Shown: piece after piece, positions 37,797 through 48,168 of the stretch | Layout of the letters: every line of letters starts with the position of its first letter | Position numbering within the stretch: position 1 is the stretch's first letter | NCBI GenBank assembly: GCA_003574845.1 | Contig: NDHY01000005.1 | Location: 3,342-67,341, forward strand | Length of the DNA stretch: 64,000 nt | Reading direction: 5' to 3' | Source of the DNA: a candidate division NPL-UPA2 bacterium Unc8 | GTDB taxonomy: Bacteria; NPL-UPA2 | Position numbers and translations under genes: made by a program | Notes under the pieces: generated by a model | Databases searched by the model: none | What the model saw: the letters and a program-made list of their open reading frames with translations, nothing else | What the model was told of the DNA's origin: nothing

Positions 37797-38757
37797 TCTC
37801 CCCATCCCTGAAAGAGAGACCCATCTCTGTAAGAATTTCCTCTAATCCTTCTACGGACTTTTTACCGAAATTCTTATACTGCAGCATTTCCTTGCGTGTT
37901 TTCTGAACCAAGTCCTCTACGGTTTTGATACCTGCTATCTCAAGGCACTTTGCAGCGCGCACGGATAGCTCCAACTCACTCACGCTCATATCTAAGTGTT
38001 TCTGGCGTAGGTGTTCATCCTCACTTATTTCATCCACCTTAACTTTTTCTATCTCATCTTCTGGAGAGACAAAAATTGCAAAGTGTTTTCTCATGACATC
38101 TGCACCTTCCACGATTGCTTCCTGAGGGGAAATTGCACCATTAGTCCAGACTTCCATAATCAGACGATCATAGTCAGCTTCCTGCCCAAGACGAGAGTTT
38201 TCAACACGAAAGTTAACTTTCTTTACAGGGCTATAGATGGAATCAATGGGAATTACTCCTATTGGCTGGTCCGCGCTCTTATTCTTTTCTGCCGGCACAT
38301 AACCCTTTCCTGGACTGGCTACCATCTCCATCTGAAGATTAAAACCACTGTTCAAGGTAGCAATATGCAGATGTGGATTTAATATCTCAACACGATCGTC
38401 AGTAATAATATCAGCTGCCACTACCTCTTTTTCTCCACATGCCTTTATCCGGAGAATACTCGGGTCTTCTCCATGAAGCTTGATTGAAAGCTGTTTCAGG
38501 CTAATAACCACATCAGTAACATCCTCAAGCACGCCGGGAATTGTCCCGAATTCATGCAAAACCCCCTCAATTCTCATTGAAGTTACTGCTGCTCCACGAA
38601 TAGAGGAGAGAAGAACGCGCCGAAAATTATTTCCTATTGTTACGCCGTAACCACGTTCAAGCACTTCAACAATGAGTTTACCATAGGTTGGTGTCAATGT
38701 TTTTCCATCCCATTCTACCCTGCGAGGAAGCTCCAGCCCTTTCCATTTTAAACTCAT
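37786..38757 (-). CDS. rpoA: RNA polymerase alpha subunit
   Basis: LERGYGVTIGN, GVLHEFGTIPGVLED, IPIDSIYSPV, ELELSVRA, KNFGKKS. Confidence 0.97.
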   Translation of the reverse strand: MSLKWKGLELPRRVEWDGKTLTPTYGKLIVEVLERGYGVTIGNNFRRVLLSSIRGAAVTSMRIEGVLHEFGTIPGVLEDVTDVVISLKQLSIKLHGEDPSILRIKACGEKEVVAADIITDDRVEILNPHLHIATLNSGFNLQMEMVASPGKGYVPAEKNKSADQPIGVIPIDSIYSPVKKVNFRVENSRLGQEADYDRLIMEVWTNGAISPQEAIVEGADVMRKHFAIFVSPEDEIEKVKVDEISEDEHLRQKHLDMSVSELELSVRAAKCLEIAGIKTVEDLVQKTRKEMLQYKNFGKKSVEGLEEILTEMGLSFRDGENET

Positions 38758-38774
38758 TTTATTCCCCTAATTAT

Positions 38775-38850
38775 TGTAACAGTTCACAGGGGTCGGGGAT
38801 CAGTAATCAGCTATTCTCCCTGTTCACTGTCCACTGATCCCTGTAAACTG
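38775..38850 (+). repeat. heptamer array rpsD-rpoA spacer
   Basis: ggggtc ggggatc; cactgtc cactgat ccctgta. Confidence 0.65.
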
Positions 38851-38860
38851 GTTTGCTTTT

Positions 38861-39478
38861 CTATCTTGAGCAAAATCCGATGACAAGTTGTTCATCAACA
38901 GGAACAGATATCTCCTCCTGAGAAGGAATTTTAGAAACCTTTGCAGTTACTTTTGCTTTATTCAGTTTAAGCCATAAAGGAATCTCTCTATTCTCTGTTA
39001 TTTTCATAACTTTTTTTATTACTTTCCGGCTTTTTTCTCTTACATCAATGATGTCTCCTGCTTCAACCAGATATGAAGAGATATCCACGCGATGATTGTT
39101 AACTCGAAAATGTCCATGCCCGATGAGCTGCCTTGCTTCCCTTCTGGAGACAGCAAGCCCAAGATGAAAAATCACATTATCAAGTCGCCGCTCAAGAAAT
39201 TGCAACAGACTCTCCCAGGTAACACCGCGCCGTGCTTCCGCCATCCTAAAATAAGAACGGAACTGTTTATCAAGAATACCATACATCTGGCGCAGTTTCT
39301 GCTTCTCACGCAATTGTCGTCCATAATCAGAGATTCTTGGAGGTCTTCCTCTCTGCTCACCAGGAGGAGAGTTTCGTTTTTCAAGAGTGCACTTGGTTAC
39401 ACACCTATTCCCTTTAAGAAAAAGTTTTTCTTTCTCACGGCGACAAAGCCGACAGACAGGACCCAGATAACGAGCCAT
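38861..39478 (-). CDS. rpsD: 30S ribosomal protein S4 (Zn-type)
   Basis: MARYLGPVCRLCRRE, QLREKQK, ERRLDNV. Confidence 0.97.
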   Translation of the reverse strand: MARYLGPVCRLCRREKEKLFLKGNRCVTKCTLEKRNSPPGEQRGRPPRISDYGRQLREKQKLRQMYGILDKQFRSYFRMAEARRGVTWESLLQFLERRLDNVIFHLGLAVSRREARQLIGHGHFRVNNHRVDISSYLVEAGDIIDVREKSRKVIKKVMKITENREIPLWLKLNKAKVTAKVSKIPSQEEISVPVDEQLVIGFCSR

Positions 39479-39480
39479 TT

Positions 39481-39846
39481 CTAAACGCGCCTCCTCTTAC
39501 GAGGCCTACAGCCATTGTGAGGAATAGAGGTAACATCTCTAATCAATGTTATTTCTAATTCTGCTGACCTCAACGATTTTATTGCCGCCTCCCGACCTGA
39601 GCCAGGCCCCTTTATATAAACCTCGATATTCTTCATTCCATGCTCAATGGCTTTACGAGCACAAGCTCCAGCCGCCTCTCGTGCCGCAAATGGAGTGCTC
39701 TTTCGTGTCCCTTTAAAGCCAGAGCTTCCCGCACTTGCCCATGCCAGAGTATTGCCACTAAGATCAGTTATCGTAATGATGGTATTATTAAATGTCGCCT
39801 GAATATGTGCTATTCCCCTGGTAATCTCTCTCTCAGATTTTTTCAT
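39481..39846 (-). CDS. rpsK: 30S ribosomal protein S11
   Basis: [28 protein letters not shown]. Confidence 0.97.
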   Translation of the reverse strand: MKKSEREITRGIAHIQATFNNTIITITDLSGNTLAWASAGSSGFKGTRKSTPFAAREAAGACARKAIEHGMKNIEVYIKGPGSGREAAIKSLRSAELEITLIRDVTSIPHNGCRPRKRRRV

Positions 39847-40241
39847 TTCCTGCCTTCCATCTTTTTAACAGATTCTTTTCTTCTCACCCCTACGGTCCGA
39901 CGAGGGCCCTTGCAAGTGCGAGCGTTAGTACTCGTCCTCTGTCCCCTGACGGGCAGACCACGGCGATGGCGCATCCCCCGATAGGTACCTGTACTAATCA
40001 GTCTCTTTATATTTGAAGAGACCTCACGACGCAAATTGCCCTCAATGGTATATTCTCTCTGGATGACTTCTGCTATTCTACTTATCTCCTCCCCGGTGAG
40101 GTCTTTCACCTTCATATCGGCATTTACATTTGCCTCATCAAGGACCTTTACTGCCGTTGCTTGTCCAATGCCATAGATATATGTAAGCCCAATCCGTATT
40201 TTCTTCTCTCTGGGAAGATCTATACCTACTACTCTTGCCAC
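39843..40241 (-). CDS. rpsM: 30S ribosomal protein S13
   Basis: [31 protein letters not shown]. Confidence 0.97.
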   Translation of the reverse strand: MARVVGIDLPREKKIRIGLTYIYGIGQATAVKVLDEANVNADMKVKDLTGEEISRIAEVIQREYTIEGNLRREVSSNIKRLISTGTYRGMRHRRGLPVRGQRTSTNARTCKGPRRTVGVRRKESVKKMEGRK

Positions 40242-40249
40242 TTTTCCCT

Positions 40250-40325
40250 CCGCTACTCTCTACCAAACAGCTATCAGCTATCAGCTCTTGTGCCTTTGTG
40301 CCTCCCTCTTCTACTCTCTACTATT
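40250..40325 (-). repeat. heptamer array rpmJ-rpsM spacer
   Basis: On +: ctactct, cagctat x2-3, tgtgcct x2. Confidence 0.8.
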
Positions 40326-40326
40326 C

Positions 40327-40440
40327 TTATCCTTGTCTTTGTTTATGTCGGGAGTTTGTGCAAATAACTCTCAAGACACCATGACGACGAATAATCCGGC
40401 ACTTCTCACAAATTTTTTTTACTGATGCTCTAACTTTCAT
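40327..40440 (-). CDS. rpmJ: 50S ribosomal protein L36 (Zn-ribbon type)
   Basis: Below ORF-track cutoff; hand translation [37 protein letters not shown]. Confidence 0.96.
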   Translation of the reverse strand: MKVRASVKKICEKCRIIRRHGVLRVICTNSRHKQRQG

Positions 40441-40655
40441 TTACATCTATAGACAATTCTTCCACGCGAGAGATCATAAGGAGACAGCTCCATTTTTACT
40501 CTATCTCCGGGCAAAATTTTTATATAGTGCTTTCTCATCTTGCCACAGATATGTGCCAGAACTCTGTGGCCATTCTCTATTTCTACCCGAAACATCGCAT
40601 TCGGCAATGACTCTTTTACCACTCCTTCAACCTCTATTGCCTTTTCCTTTACTAT
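40437..40655 (-). CDS. infA: translation initiation factor IF-1 (start uncertain; AUA at 40655 gives 72 aa)
   Basis: [46 protein letters not shown]. Confidence 0.95.
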   Translation of the reverse strand: MVKEKAIEVEGVVKESLPNAMFRVEIENGHRVLAHICGKMRKHYIKILPGDRVKMELSPYDLSRGRIVYRCK

Positions 40656-40713
40656 GTTACCTTCTGTATTCTTAACTCTCACTCTCTTTCTAAGTTTGCT
40701 TTTCGTATACACC

Positions 40714-41469
40714 CTAACTACTTTCCCTCTTTGTCAATATTTCTGCTCCATTCCTGGTAATAAGAATTGTGTGTTCAAAATGGCAGGAAGGTTTTCCATC
40801 TCTGGTAACAATTGTCCAGTTGTCCGGCTTTATTGCCACCTCCCAACTTCCAGCATTTACCATTGGCTCAATTGCTAACACCATGCCATACTTCAGTCTT
40901 GGGCCACGATGCGGTAAGCCAAAGTTCGGTACCTGTGGCGACTCATGTAGTTGCGACCCAATTCCATGGCCCATAAGGTCTCTGACCACGGAAAACCCGT
41001 TTTTTTCAGACTCATTCTGAATGGCGTAAGAGATGTCAGAAAGATAGCCGCCTGCAACTGCCTTTCCAATTCCAGCATAAAGAGCTTTTTTTGTCGTCTC
41101 AAGAAGCCTTTCTACCTCCATCTCAATGGAGCCAACCGGACAAGTAACTGCTATATCTCCATAGAAGCCTGCCTTTTTTACTCCTACATCTATACCAACA
41201 ATATCTCCTTCTTTCAATCTTCTTGATCCGGGAATTCCATGAACGACCTCATCATTAACTGACAAACAAATGCTCCCGGGAAACCCCTTGTAACCCTTAA
41301 ATGCGGATGTCGCTCCCCTCTTTTCAATAGAAATTATCGCCAACTTTTCAAGTTCTCCTGTAGAGATACCTACTTGAACAGCCGCCTCTAAAGTATGACT
41401 GACCTCAGCAGCAATACAACTTGCCGCTCTGATTAAGCCTATCTCCTGTCTGGACTTGATAGGAATCAT
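40714..41469 (-). CDS. map: methionine aminopeptidase type I
   Basis: [38 protein letters not shown]. Confidence 0.97.
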   Translation of the reverse strand: MIPIKSRQEIGLIRAASCIAAEVSHTLEAAVQVGISTGELEKLAIISIEKRGATSAFKGYKGFPGSICLSVNDEVVHGIPGSRRLKEGDIVGIDVGVKKAGFYGDIAVTCPVGSIEMEVERLLETTKKALYAGIGKAVAGGYLSDISYAIQNESEKNGFSVVRDLMGHGIGSQLHESPQVPNFGLPHRGPRLKYGMVLAIEPMVNAGSWEVAIKPDNWTIVTRDGKPSCHFEHTILITRNGAEILTKRESS

Positions 41470-42106
41470 CTATCACCTTCAGAATATTTTTCAGTACCTT
41501 CTCTGGCTCCATATTGGAATTAACCTCTTTTAAAAGATTTCTTTCCTTATAAAATTCAAACAATGACTTAACTTCTTCCTCATACCGCAAAAGCCTCTCC
41601 TTCACTACACTTTCCTGGTCATCCTCTCTGATAACAATTTGACTGCCGCAACCATCGCATATTCCCTCTTTCCTGGGTGGCATGTTCTCTACATGATAGA
41701 GCGCCTGGCAGGAAGGACAGACTCGCCTCCCCGAGAGACGGCTGATAAGGACTTCTCGCGGAGCATCCAGATTAATTGCAATACCAGGGGCAACCCCCGA
41801 TGCTGCTTCCATATTGGAGAGTGCCTTTGCCTGATTGAGCGTACGGGGAAATCCATCAAGGATAAAACCCCTCTCACAGTCAGTAGCAGATAGCCGCTCC
41901 TTAATCAGAGAGATCATTATTTCATTGGATAGGAGCCCTCCACTCTCCACGCAAGCCTTTGCATCTCTACCCAATGGCGTCTCCTCATTAATCGCCCGGC
42001 GCAATATATCTCCCGTAGAAATATGAGGCAGGGAGAGCTTCTCAGAAAGAAGCTTTGCGATTACTCCCTTTCCTGCCCCCGGCGGGCCAAGAAGAATTAA
42101 TCTCAC
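41405..42106 (-). CDS. adk: adenylate kinase
   Basis: GPPGAGKG, HISTGD, GFILDGFPRT, Zn-lid CPSC...CDGC; 65-nt overlap with map. Confidence 0.96.
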   Translation of the reverse strand: MRLILLGPPGAGKGVIAKLLSEKLSLPHISTGDILRRAINEETPLGRDAKACVESGGLLSNEIMISLIKERLSATDCERGFILDGFPRTLNQAKALSNMEAASGVAPGIAINLDAPREVLISRLSGRRVCPSCQALYHVENMPPRKEGICDGCGSQIVIREDDQESVVKERLLRYEEEVKSLFEFYKERNLLKEVNSNMEPEKVLKNILKVIDDSYQVQTGDRLNQSGKLYCC

Positions 42107-43401
42107 CTCCTTCCCCTTACTCTTCCCTTTTTCATAAACCCATCATAGTGCCGCATAAGTAGCTGCGATTCTACACGCTTTACTGTATCCAGAGTTACTC
42201 CTACAATGATAATCATTCCTGCCCCACCGGCAAAGCTGGCAACAAGATAAGGAACTACCAACTGGCCGCTAACTATCATTGGCATTATTGCAATGAAGGC
42301 AAGAAAGACTGCTCCTACAAGAGTAATCCGATTCATCACATAGTAGAAGTAGTCCGAGGTTGTCTTGCCTGGTCTAACCCCCGGAATAAAGCTCCCGTGC
42401 TTTTTCATATTGTCTGCCAACTCCACTGGATTAAATATTATTGCTGTATAGAAATAACAGAAAAAGATAATTAAAGCGGGGAATAATATCCAGTAGGCTA
42501 TTGTTCCCGGGTTGAGACTTTCTCCAATAATCTTTACTATCTCTACGTCTGAGAACTGAGCAATTGTCGCCGGAAACATAATGAGCATTGAAGCAAAGAT
42601 AATTGGAATCATCCCTGCCAGATTAAGTCGCAGGGGAATGTAGCTTGTCTGTGAGGAGTAGACTCGACGACCAACTACTCTCTTCGCATGTTGAAGAGGG
42701 ATACGGCGCTGCGCCTGGACAAGCAGGACTATCCCCGCTGCTCCAGCTACAACAAAAGCAGGAAGCATCACTGCTAAAAACGGCCGTCCTGTCTCAATGA
42801 TCACAAGATGTCCACGAATAACGGTCATCGGAATAGCTGAGATAATACCTACCGCAATTATAAGTGATATTCCCTCTCCAACGCCCCGTTCCGTTATCTG
42901 CTCTCCCAGCCACATAAGAAAGATTGTCCCCGCAGTCAGAGTAACTATTGCTACCAACCTAAACCCCCAGCCAGGGTCAAGCACAAACCCTCCTCTTTCC
43001 AGGAAGGTTGCCATCATTAATGCCTGAAATATGCAAACTGGGACCGTTCCCAGACGCGTGTACTGGTTTATTTTTCTTCTTCCTGCTTCCCCTTCCTTGG
43101 CAAGCTTCTCAAGAAATGGTATAACTGCAGTCAAAAGCTGCATTATAATAGAGACTGTGATAAATGGCATTATACCCAGACCAAAGACTGCCCCACCACT
43201 CATTGCCCCGCCGGCAAAAAGATCTGCCAGACCAAAAATTGTTCCTTCTGCCTCGCGAAAGAACTCTCCCAGAGCAACAATGTCAATCCCCGGGGTTGGA
43301 ATATGAACTCCGATGCGAAATACAACAAGAATAGCTGCAGTGAAAATTAATCTTTTTCTCAGGTCCGGAATATGCCAGATATTCCTGAATACATTAAACA
43401 T
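42103..43401 (-). CDS. secY: preprotein translocase SecY
   Basis: [46 protein letters not shown]. Confidence 0.97.
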   Translation of the reverse strand: MFNVFRNIWHIPDLRKRLIFTAAILVVFRIGVHIPTPGIDIVALGEFFREAEGTIFGLADLFAGGAMSGGAVFGLGIMPFITVSIIMQLLTAVIPFLEKLAKEGEAGRRKINQYTRLGTVPVCIFQALMMATFLERGGFVLDPGWGFRLVAIVTLTAGTIFLMWLGEQITERGVGEGISLIIAVGIISAIPMTVIRGHLVIIETGRPFLAVMLPAFVVAGAAGIVLLVQAQRRIPLQHAKRVVGRRVYSSQTSYIPLRLNLAGMIPIIFASMLIMFPATIAQFSDVEIVKIIGESLNPGTIAYWILFPALIIFFCYFYTAIIFNPVELADNMKKHGSFIPGVRPGKTTSDYFYYVMNRITLVGAVFLAFIAIMPMIVSGQLVVPYLVASFAGGAGMIIIVGVTLDTVKRVESQLLMRHYDGFMKKGRVRGRR

Positions 43402-43828
43402 ATGAGGCGGTCCCTTTTTTCTTTTCTATTTCTTCCTTTGCTCTTCGGGAAAAGGAGTGAGCAGATACATTCAGCGCTTTTTTTAATTCCCCTTTCCCAA
43501 GGATTTTTACCAAACCTTTTTTGACCACTCCTTCCTCTTTTAGCTTTAGTGGAGTAATTTCCGTCCCGGCAGCAAATCTATTAAGTTCCCCTAAATTGAC
43601 AATGGCGTAAATTTTTCTCCTGATGCTTCTAAATCCTCGCTTGGGAACCCTCCTTATAAGCGGCGTCTGCCCCCCTTCAAATCCAGGCCTGGTACTTCCT
43701 CCCGAGCGTGCTTTGTTTCCCTTGTGCCCACGCGTTGCTGTCTTGCCATGACCAGAGCCTGGACCACGTCCAACCCGTTTACGATTCTTGAGTGAACCTG
43801 CTGTATATTTAATCTTGTGGAGCTTCAT
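43394..43828 (-). CDS. rplO: 50S ribosomal protein L15
   Basis: [22 protein letters not shown]. Confidence 0.97.
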   Translation of the reverse strand: MKLHKIKYTAGSLKNRKRVGRGPGSGHGKTATRGHKGNKARSGGSTRPGFEGGQTPLIRRVPKRGFRSIRRKIYAIVNLGELNRFAAGTEITPLKLKEEGVVKKGLVKILGKGELKKALNVSAHSFSRRAKEEIEKKKGTASYV

Positions 43829-44306
43829 TTTTTCTTCTCGCCGTCATTTCCAAAATTACTGTCAACTCCTTCAGCGCCTTCATCGTTGCCTTAACCATAT
43901 TAGAAGAATTATTTGAGCCAAGAGACTTTGCTGATATATCTTTTATTCCTGCCAATTCCAATAGTGCTTTTATTGGACTACCTGCAATCACCCCTGTTCC
44001 TTCAGCAGCAGGTTTCAGGAGAACCCTGCTTGCTCCATACTTGCCGATTATCCTGTAATGAATTGTCCGTCCTTCTCTCAGGAAAACTGAGATAAAGTTC
44101 TTCTTCGCCCTTTCTGTTCCCTTTCTCACAGCACTGGAAACCTCTTTTGCCTTCCCTAACCCATAACCAACATGGCCCTTGCCATCTCCGACAACAACAA
44201 GTGCACTGAAGCTAAAGCGCTTCCCTCCTTTAACAACTTTAGCTACACGATTTATCTTAATAACCTTTTCTGGCAGGAATTCTAACTCACCTACATCTGT
44301 TCTCAA
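43809..44306 (-). CDS. rpsE: 30S ribosomal protein S5
   Basis: [34 protein letters not shown]. Confidence 0.97.
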   Translation of the reverse strand: MRTDVGELEFLPEKVIKINRVAKVVKGGKRFSFSALVVVGDGKGHVGYGLGKAKEVSSAVRKGTERAKKNFISVFLREGRTIHYRIIGKYGASRVLLKPAAEGTGVIAGSPIKALLELAGIKDISAKSLGSNNSSNMVKATMKALKELTVILEMTARRKNEAPQD

Positions 44307-44644
44307 AATTCAATCCCTCCCTTTCTGGCACCCTCAGCCAGGGCACGCACTCGACCATGATAGAGATAACCTCTTCGGTCAAAGACAATGTTTTTTATTC
44401 CGAGTTCCTTTGCCGCCTCCGCCAGGAGAGCCCCAACGGCTTTAGCCGCTTCTATATTTCCTGTGGAGCCAGAGTTATGCGATCGGAATGAAGCAGAGGA
44501 ACTGGAGACACCAAGCAAGGTTTTACTGTTTTCATCATCAATTAATTGACCATAGATGTGGCGCGCGCTCCGAAAGACAGCTAACCTGGGCCTGTTCTTA
44601 CTTCCCCACACTCTTCTTTTTTGACGCTTTACTCTTTTTGCCAT
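44303..44644 (-). CDS. rplR: 50S ribosomal protein L18
   Basis: [22 protein letters not shown]. Confidence 0.97.
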   Translation of the reverse strand: MAKRVKRQKRRVWGSKNRPRLAVFRSARHIYGQLIDDENSKTLLGVSSSSASFRSHNSGSTGNIEAAKAVGALLAEAAKELGIKNIVFDRRGYLYHGRVRALAEGARKGGIEF

Positions 44645-45198
44645 TATTTTACGATTGCCTTTGTCTTACCGGCCTTACGGCGAATCACCTCTCCTTCATA
44701 TCTAATTCCCTTACCCTTATATGGCTCTGGAGGAAGAATGGCACGTAGCCTCGCCGCCACATCGCTGAGTTTTTCTTTATTTATTCCTGTCAGCCTAATT
44801 CTGGTAATCTGCTCCTCTCTCGCCACGATGGCATCAACTCCCTCAGAAAGACTATAATGTACAGGATGAGAAAAGCCTATCCGGAGAACAATATCTCTAT
44901 CCTTCACCTCAGCCCGATAGCCAACACCATGCATCTCCAGCTTCTTCTCAAAGCCAGAAGCAACTCCCTCAATCATATTTGCTATTAGGGTACGTGTAAG
45001 ACCATGAAGTGAGCGGTGAAGACGGCTCTCTCCAAGCCGGGAGACAACCACTTCTTTATCACGAATCGCTACCTTCAAAAGGCTGGAGATATTTCTGGTT
45101 AGCTCGCCTTTTGGTCCTGCCACGCGCAACTCATTCCCTGTTATGTGCGCCGTGACGAAACCGGGAACTTCAATTGGCTTCCTGCCTATTCTAGACAT
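44644..45198 (-). CDS. rplF: 50S ribosomal protein L6
   Basis: MSRIGRKP (ATG 45198), GVGYRA, PEPYKGKGIRY. Confidence 0.97.
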   Translation of the reverse strand: MSRIGRKPIEVPGFVTAHITGNELRVAGPKGELTRNISSLLKVAIRDKEVVVSRLGESRLHRSLHGLTRTLIANMIEGVASGFEKKLEMHGVGYRAEVKDRDIVLRIGFSHPVHYSLSEGVDAIVAREEQITRIRLTGINKEKLSDVAARLRAILPPEPYKGKGIRYEGEVIRRKAGKTKAIVK

Positions 45199-45202
45199 AT
45201 CC

Positions 45203-45634
45203 TTACCATACCCGACAGAGCAACTCCCCTCCAATTCCCTTCCTGCGACACTCAAAGCCGCTCATTATCCCCTGGGATGTGGATAAAATTGGCATGCGGT
45301 GGTCTCTCCTGATCTCATTGCTGGCTACATAAATCCGCCGTCCGGGTTTACTCACCCTCTGAATTCCGCCGATCATCTCTTCTCCACGAGAACCATACCG
45401 AAGAAAAATTCTCAGAACTCTATACTTCCCTGAGACATCGCGATCATCTTTGAGTATTTCCTTTTTACTTCCCGCCATGAGTACGCGATACTCTTTGATA
45501 AAACCTTCTTCCTTAAAGATGCGGGCAATCTCAACTTTCAACTTTGAGGAAGGCATGTCAACCTCCCTCCGCTTCTCGCGGCTCGCGTTACGCACTCTCG
45601 TCAACATATCAGCAACGGGATCTGTCATTGCCAC
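45203..45634 (-). CDS. rpsH: 30S ribosomal protein S8 (with indels)
   Basis: TDPVADMLTRVRN, EEGFI, RVSKPGRRIY, STSQG, GGELLC. Confidence 0.95.
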   Translation of the reverse strand: MAMTDPVADMLTRVRNASREKRREVDMPSSKLKVEIARIFKEEGFIKEYRVLMAGSKKEILKDDRDVSGKYRVLRIFLRYGSRGEEMIGGIQRVSKPGRRIYVASNEIRRDHRMPILSTSQGIMSGFECRRKGIGGELLCRVW

Positions 45635-45649
45635 TGGTCTTCTCCCCTA

Positions 45650-45812
45650 TTTGGTAACTGGTAAATGGTCTATGGTCAATGGTCACTAATTACCAATTAC
45701 CACTTACCAATTTCCAATTTCATCTCTCCCTACTTACCACTTACCACTTACTTCTTTATGCCTTTGTGCCTTTGTGCTTTTACCACTTTGTGCCTCTGTG
45801 CCTTCTTACTTC
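45650..45812 (-). repeat. composite heptamer element rpsN-rpsH spacer
   Basis: Reverse complement has the same module order as 29534-29670; 44-nt exact match 45707-45750 vs 29578-29621. Confidence 0.9.
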
Positions 45813-45816
45813 ACTA

Positions 45817-46002
45817 CTACCAACTTGATTTAGTCACCCCGGGAAGCTCTCCCTTCAGAGCCAAATCCCTAAAACAGATGCGACACAATTGAAAGCGCCG
45901 GAGATACCCACGAGGACGACCGCACTGCTGGCAGCGGTTATATTTCCTTACTGAGTACTTTGGCTTCTTTCTCGCTTTTACAATCAAACACTTCTTAGCC
46001 AC
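45817..46002 (-). CDS. rpsN: 30S ribosomal protein S14, Zn-binding type
   Basis: GTG 46002 gives 61 aa; RCQQCGRPR...LCRICFR. Confidence 0.96.
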   Translation of the reverse strand: MAKKCLIVKARKKPKYSVRKYNRCQQCGRPRGYLRRFQLCRICFRDLALKGELPGVTKSSW

Positions 46003-46024
46003 AAAATCCTCACAAGACCTAAGC

Positions 46025-46567
46025 CTATTCCTTAAACGGCATACCAAGCAGACTAAGAAGAGCACTTGCTTCTTCATCGGTTGCGGCAGTCGTTACAACA
46101 ATAATGTCCATTCCATGAACAAGTGATATTTTCTCATGATCTATCTCAGGAAAGATTGCTTGTTCTTCAATACCAAAACTAAAGTTTCCCCGTCCATCAA
46201 AAGACCGCAGAGATATACCACGAAAATCCCGAATACGGGGGAGATTTACACTCACCAGGCGATCAAGAAATTCATACATCCTCTCCCGACGGAGCGTAAC
46301 TTTACAACCAAGCTGGACTCCCTTTTTGATCTTAAATCCAGCTACAGATTTTTTCGCTCGGGTTATCACCGGTCTCTGACCGGTAATTGCTGCCAAAGAA
46401 ATCATTGCTACCTCTAAAGATTTTGGCTCAGCCACTCCTTCTCCAAGACCAACGTTCAAGACAATTTTGTTCAGTCGTGGCACTTCCAGCCGATTGCGAT
46501 AGCCAAACTTTTTCATCATCGCGGGCAAGACTTCATTTTCATATCTATCTTTGAGTCGTGGTGTCAT
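46025..46567 (-). CDS. rplE: 50S ribosomal protein L5
   Basis: [27 protein letters not shown]. Confidence 0.97.
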   Translation of the reverse strand: MTPRLKDRYENEVLPAMMKKFGYRNRLEVPRLNKIVLNVGLGEGVAEPKSLEVAMISLAAITGQRPVITRAKKSVAGFKIKKGVQLGCKVTLRRERMYEFLDRLVSVNLPRIRDFRGISLRSFDGRGNFSFGIEEQAIFPEIDHEKISLVHGMDIIVVTTAATDEEASALLSLLGMPFKE

Positions 46568-46878
46568 TTCCCAATGACCTCTCCGCAGCGCCGGCAGAAT
46601 CTTACCCTTTCTCCTCCTTTAATTTCCTTTTTCCCGATGCGACTACCCACATTGCACCTCCGGCAGAAAAGCAGTATATTAGATATGTGCATAGGAGATT
46701 CTTTTTCTACAATGCCGCCTGGTTCATCCTGCGCGCGACGACGCATATGCCTCTTGACAAGATGTAACCCTTCTACAATTGCTCTCCCACTTTGAGGGAA
46801 AACACGCAACACCTTTCCTGTTTTCGCCTTATCTTTTCCAGTGATAACAACAACAAGGTCTTCTTTTCTGATTGACAC
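46564..46878 (-). CDS. rplX: 50S ribosomal protein L24
   Basis: [21 protein letters not shown]. Confidence 0.96.
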   Translation of the reverse strand: MSIRKEDLVVVITGKDKAKTGKVLRVFPQSGRAIVEGLHLVKRHMRRRAQDEPGGIVEKESPMHISNILLFCRRCNVGSRIGKKEIKGGERVRFCRRCGEVIGK

Positions 46879-46880
46879 TT

Positions 46881-47243
46881 TTATACGACCTCCTGGCTAA
46901 GGGCTATTATTTTTGTAAACTTACTTCTCAGCTCTCTTGCCACCGGACCAAAGATGCGCGTCCCGACAGGATCATTCTGCTTATCAATGATTACTGCTGC
47001 ATTATGGTCAAACTTTATGTAGGAGCCGTCAGAGCGCCTTGTTTCTTTTTTAGTTCTGATAATAACCGCTCTCACTACTTCTCCCTTCTTAACTGCACCC
47101 TGGGGGGAAGCCTCCTTAACAGAAGCAGTAATTATATCACCCAAACCTCCATAGCGTCGCGTAGACCCAAGCGTAGTAATGCAGGCAATCTTTTTTGCTC
47201 CGGAGTTATCGGCAACAATTAACACCGACCGCATTTGAATCAT
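46881..47243 (-). CDS. rplN: 50S ribosomal protein L14
   Basis: [19 protein letters not shown]. Confidence 0.97.
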   Translation of the reverse strand: MIQMRSVLIVADNSGAKKIACITTLGSTRRYGGLGDIITASVKEASPQGAVKKGEVVRAVIIRTKKETRRSDGSYIKFDHNAAVIIDKQNDPVGTRIFGPVARELRSKFTKIIALSQEVV

Positions 47244-47497
47244 TTACCCTTCCCTATAATCTCCACAAGCCGCCAACTCTTGTCCTTGCTTAAAGGCCGT
47301 GTCTCCATTATCTTTACATGATCCCCGACCTTTGCTTTCTCATCTGCATCATGAACCTTAAACTTATTTTTCCTTCGAATAACACGATGATAAAGTGGAT
47401 GTCTCATTGTTCTCTCCACTGAGACCACTATTGTTTTGTCCATCTTGTCACTAACGACTCTGCCTATGCTGATTTTTCTCCTACCACGTACTCTCAT
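47240..47497 (-). CDS. rpsQ: 30S ribosomal protein S17
   Basis: [20 protein letters not shown]. Confidence 0.97.
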   Translation of the reverse strand: MRVRGRRKISIGRVVSDKMDKTIVVSVERTMRHPLYHRVIRRKNKFKVHDADEKAKVGDHVKIMETRPLSKDKSWRLVEIIGKGK

Positions 47498-47685
47498 TTC
47501 TTTTCTCGCTCTATCGTCTTTACTCTGGCTATTTCCTTCCTCACCTGCCCAAATCTCCCTGAATTCTCCAACTTTCCGGAGGCACGCTGAAAGCGCAGGT
47601 CAAACAGCTCTTTCTTCAATTCTTTCTCCTTCTCCGAAAGCTCATCCAAACTCAACTGCCGCAACTCCTTCATCTTCATTGACAA
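47494..47685 (-). CDS. rpmC: 50S ribosomal protein L29
   Basis: [17 protein letters not shown]. Confidence 0.95.
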   Translation of the reverse strand: MSMKMKELRQLSLDELSEKEKELKKELFDLRFQRASGKLENSGRFGQVRKEIARVKTIEREKK

Positions 47686-47719
47686 GAACCTCTCTCACTC
47701 CACCCGTAATAGCTCACAG

Positions 47720-47760
47720 AGGTCGGGTCTTCTTCCCCGACTTCTGACCCCTGACTTCTA
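47720..47760 (-). repeat. hairpin plus TTCTGAC-family array rplP-rpmC spacer
   Basis: GTCGGG-8 nt-CCCGAC, then ttctgac ccctgac ttcta. Confidence 0.6.
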
Positions 47761-48168
47761 TTCTTTTGTAACAAACTTCGTTCTCATAGGAAGTTTGTGT
47801 GCCGCTAATCTCATTGCCTCAAGTGCCGCGTCATGAGGAACTCCTTCTACTTCAAAGAGTATGCGCCCAGGTTTAACAACCGCTACCCACTCCTCCGGGG
47901 AACCTTTGCCTTTGCCCATCCTCGTCTCTGCCGGCTTATAAGTAACAGGCTTATCCGGAAATATTCTTATCCAGATCTTGCCTCCACGTTTTAGATACCT
48001 TACCAAAGCAACGCGAGCTGCTTCAATCTGTTTACTCGTCACCCACGAAGGCTCAAGGGACTTAAGTCCGTATTCACCAAAACTGATGGAGGAAGCTCTA
48101 CTGGCGACACCTTTCATTCTCCCACGATGATGCTTACGAAACTTTGTTCTTTTTGGTTGCAGCAGCAC
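47758..48168 (-). CDS. rplP: 50S ribosomal protein L16
   Basis: QIEAAR, RIFPDKP, RMGKGKG, KLPMRT. Confidence 0.97.
   Translation of the reverse strand: MLLQPKRTKFRKHHRGRMKGVASRASSISFGEYGLKSLEPSWVTSKQIEAARVALVRYLKRGGKIWIRIFPDKPVTYKPAETRMGKGKGSPEEWVAVVKPGRILFEVEGVPHDAALEAMRLAAHKLPMRTKFVTKE

Noticed and set aside
45199-46077. Extended starts for rplF (45255) and rpsN (46077)
   Set aside because: They overlap upstream genes; conserved N-termini begin at 45198 and 46002.
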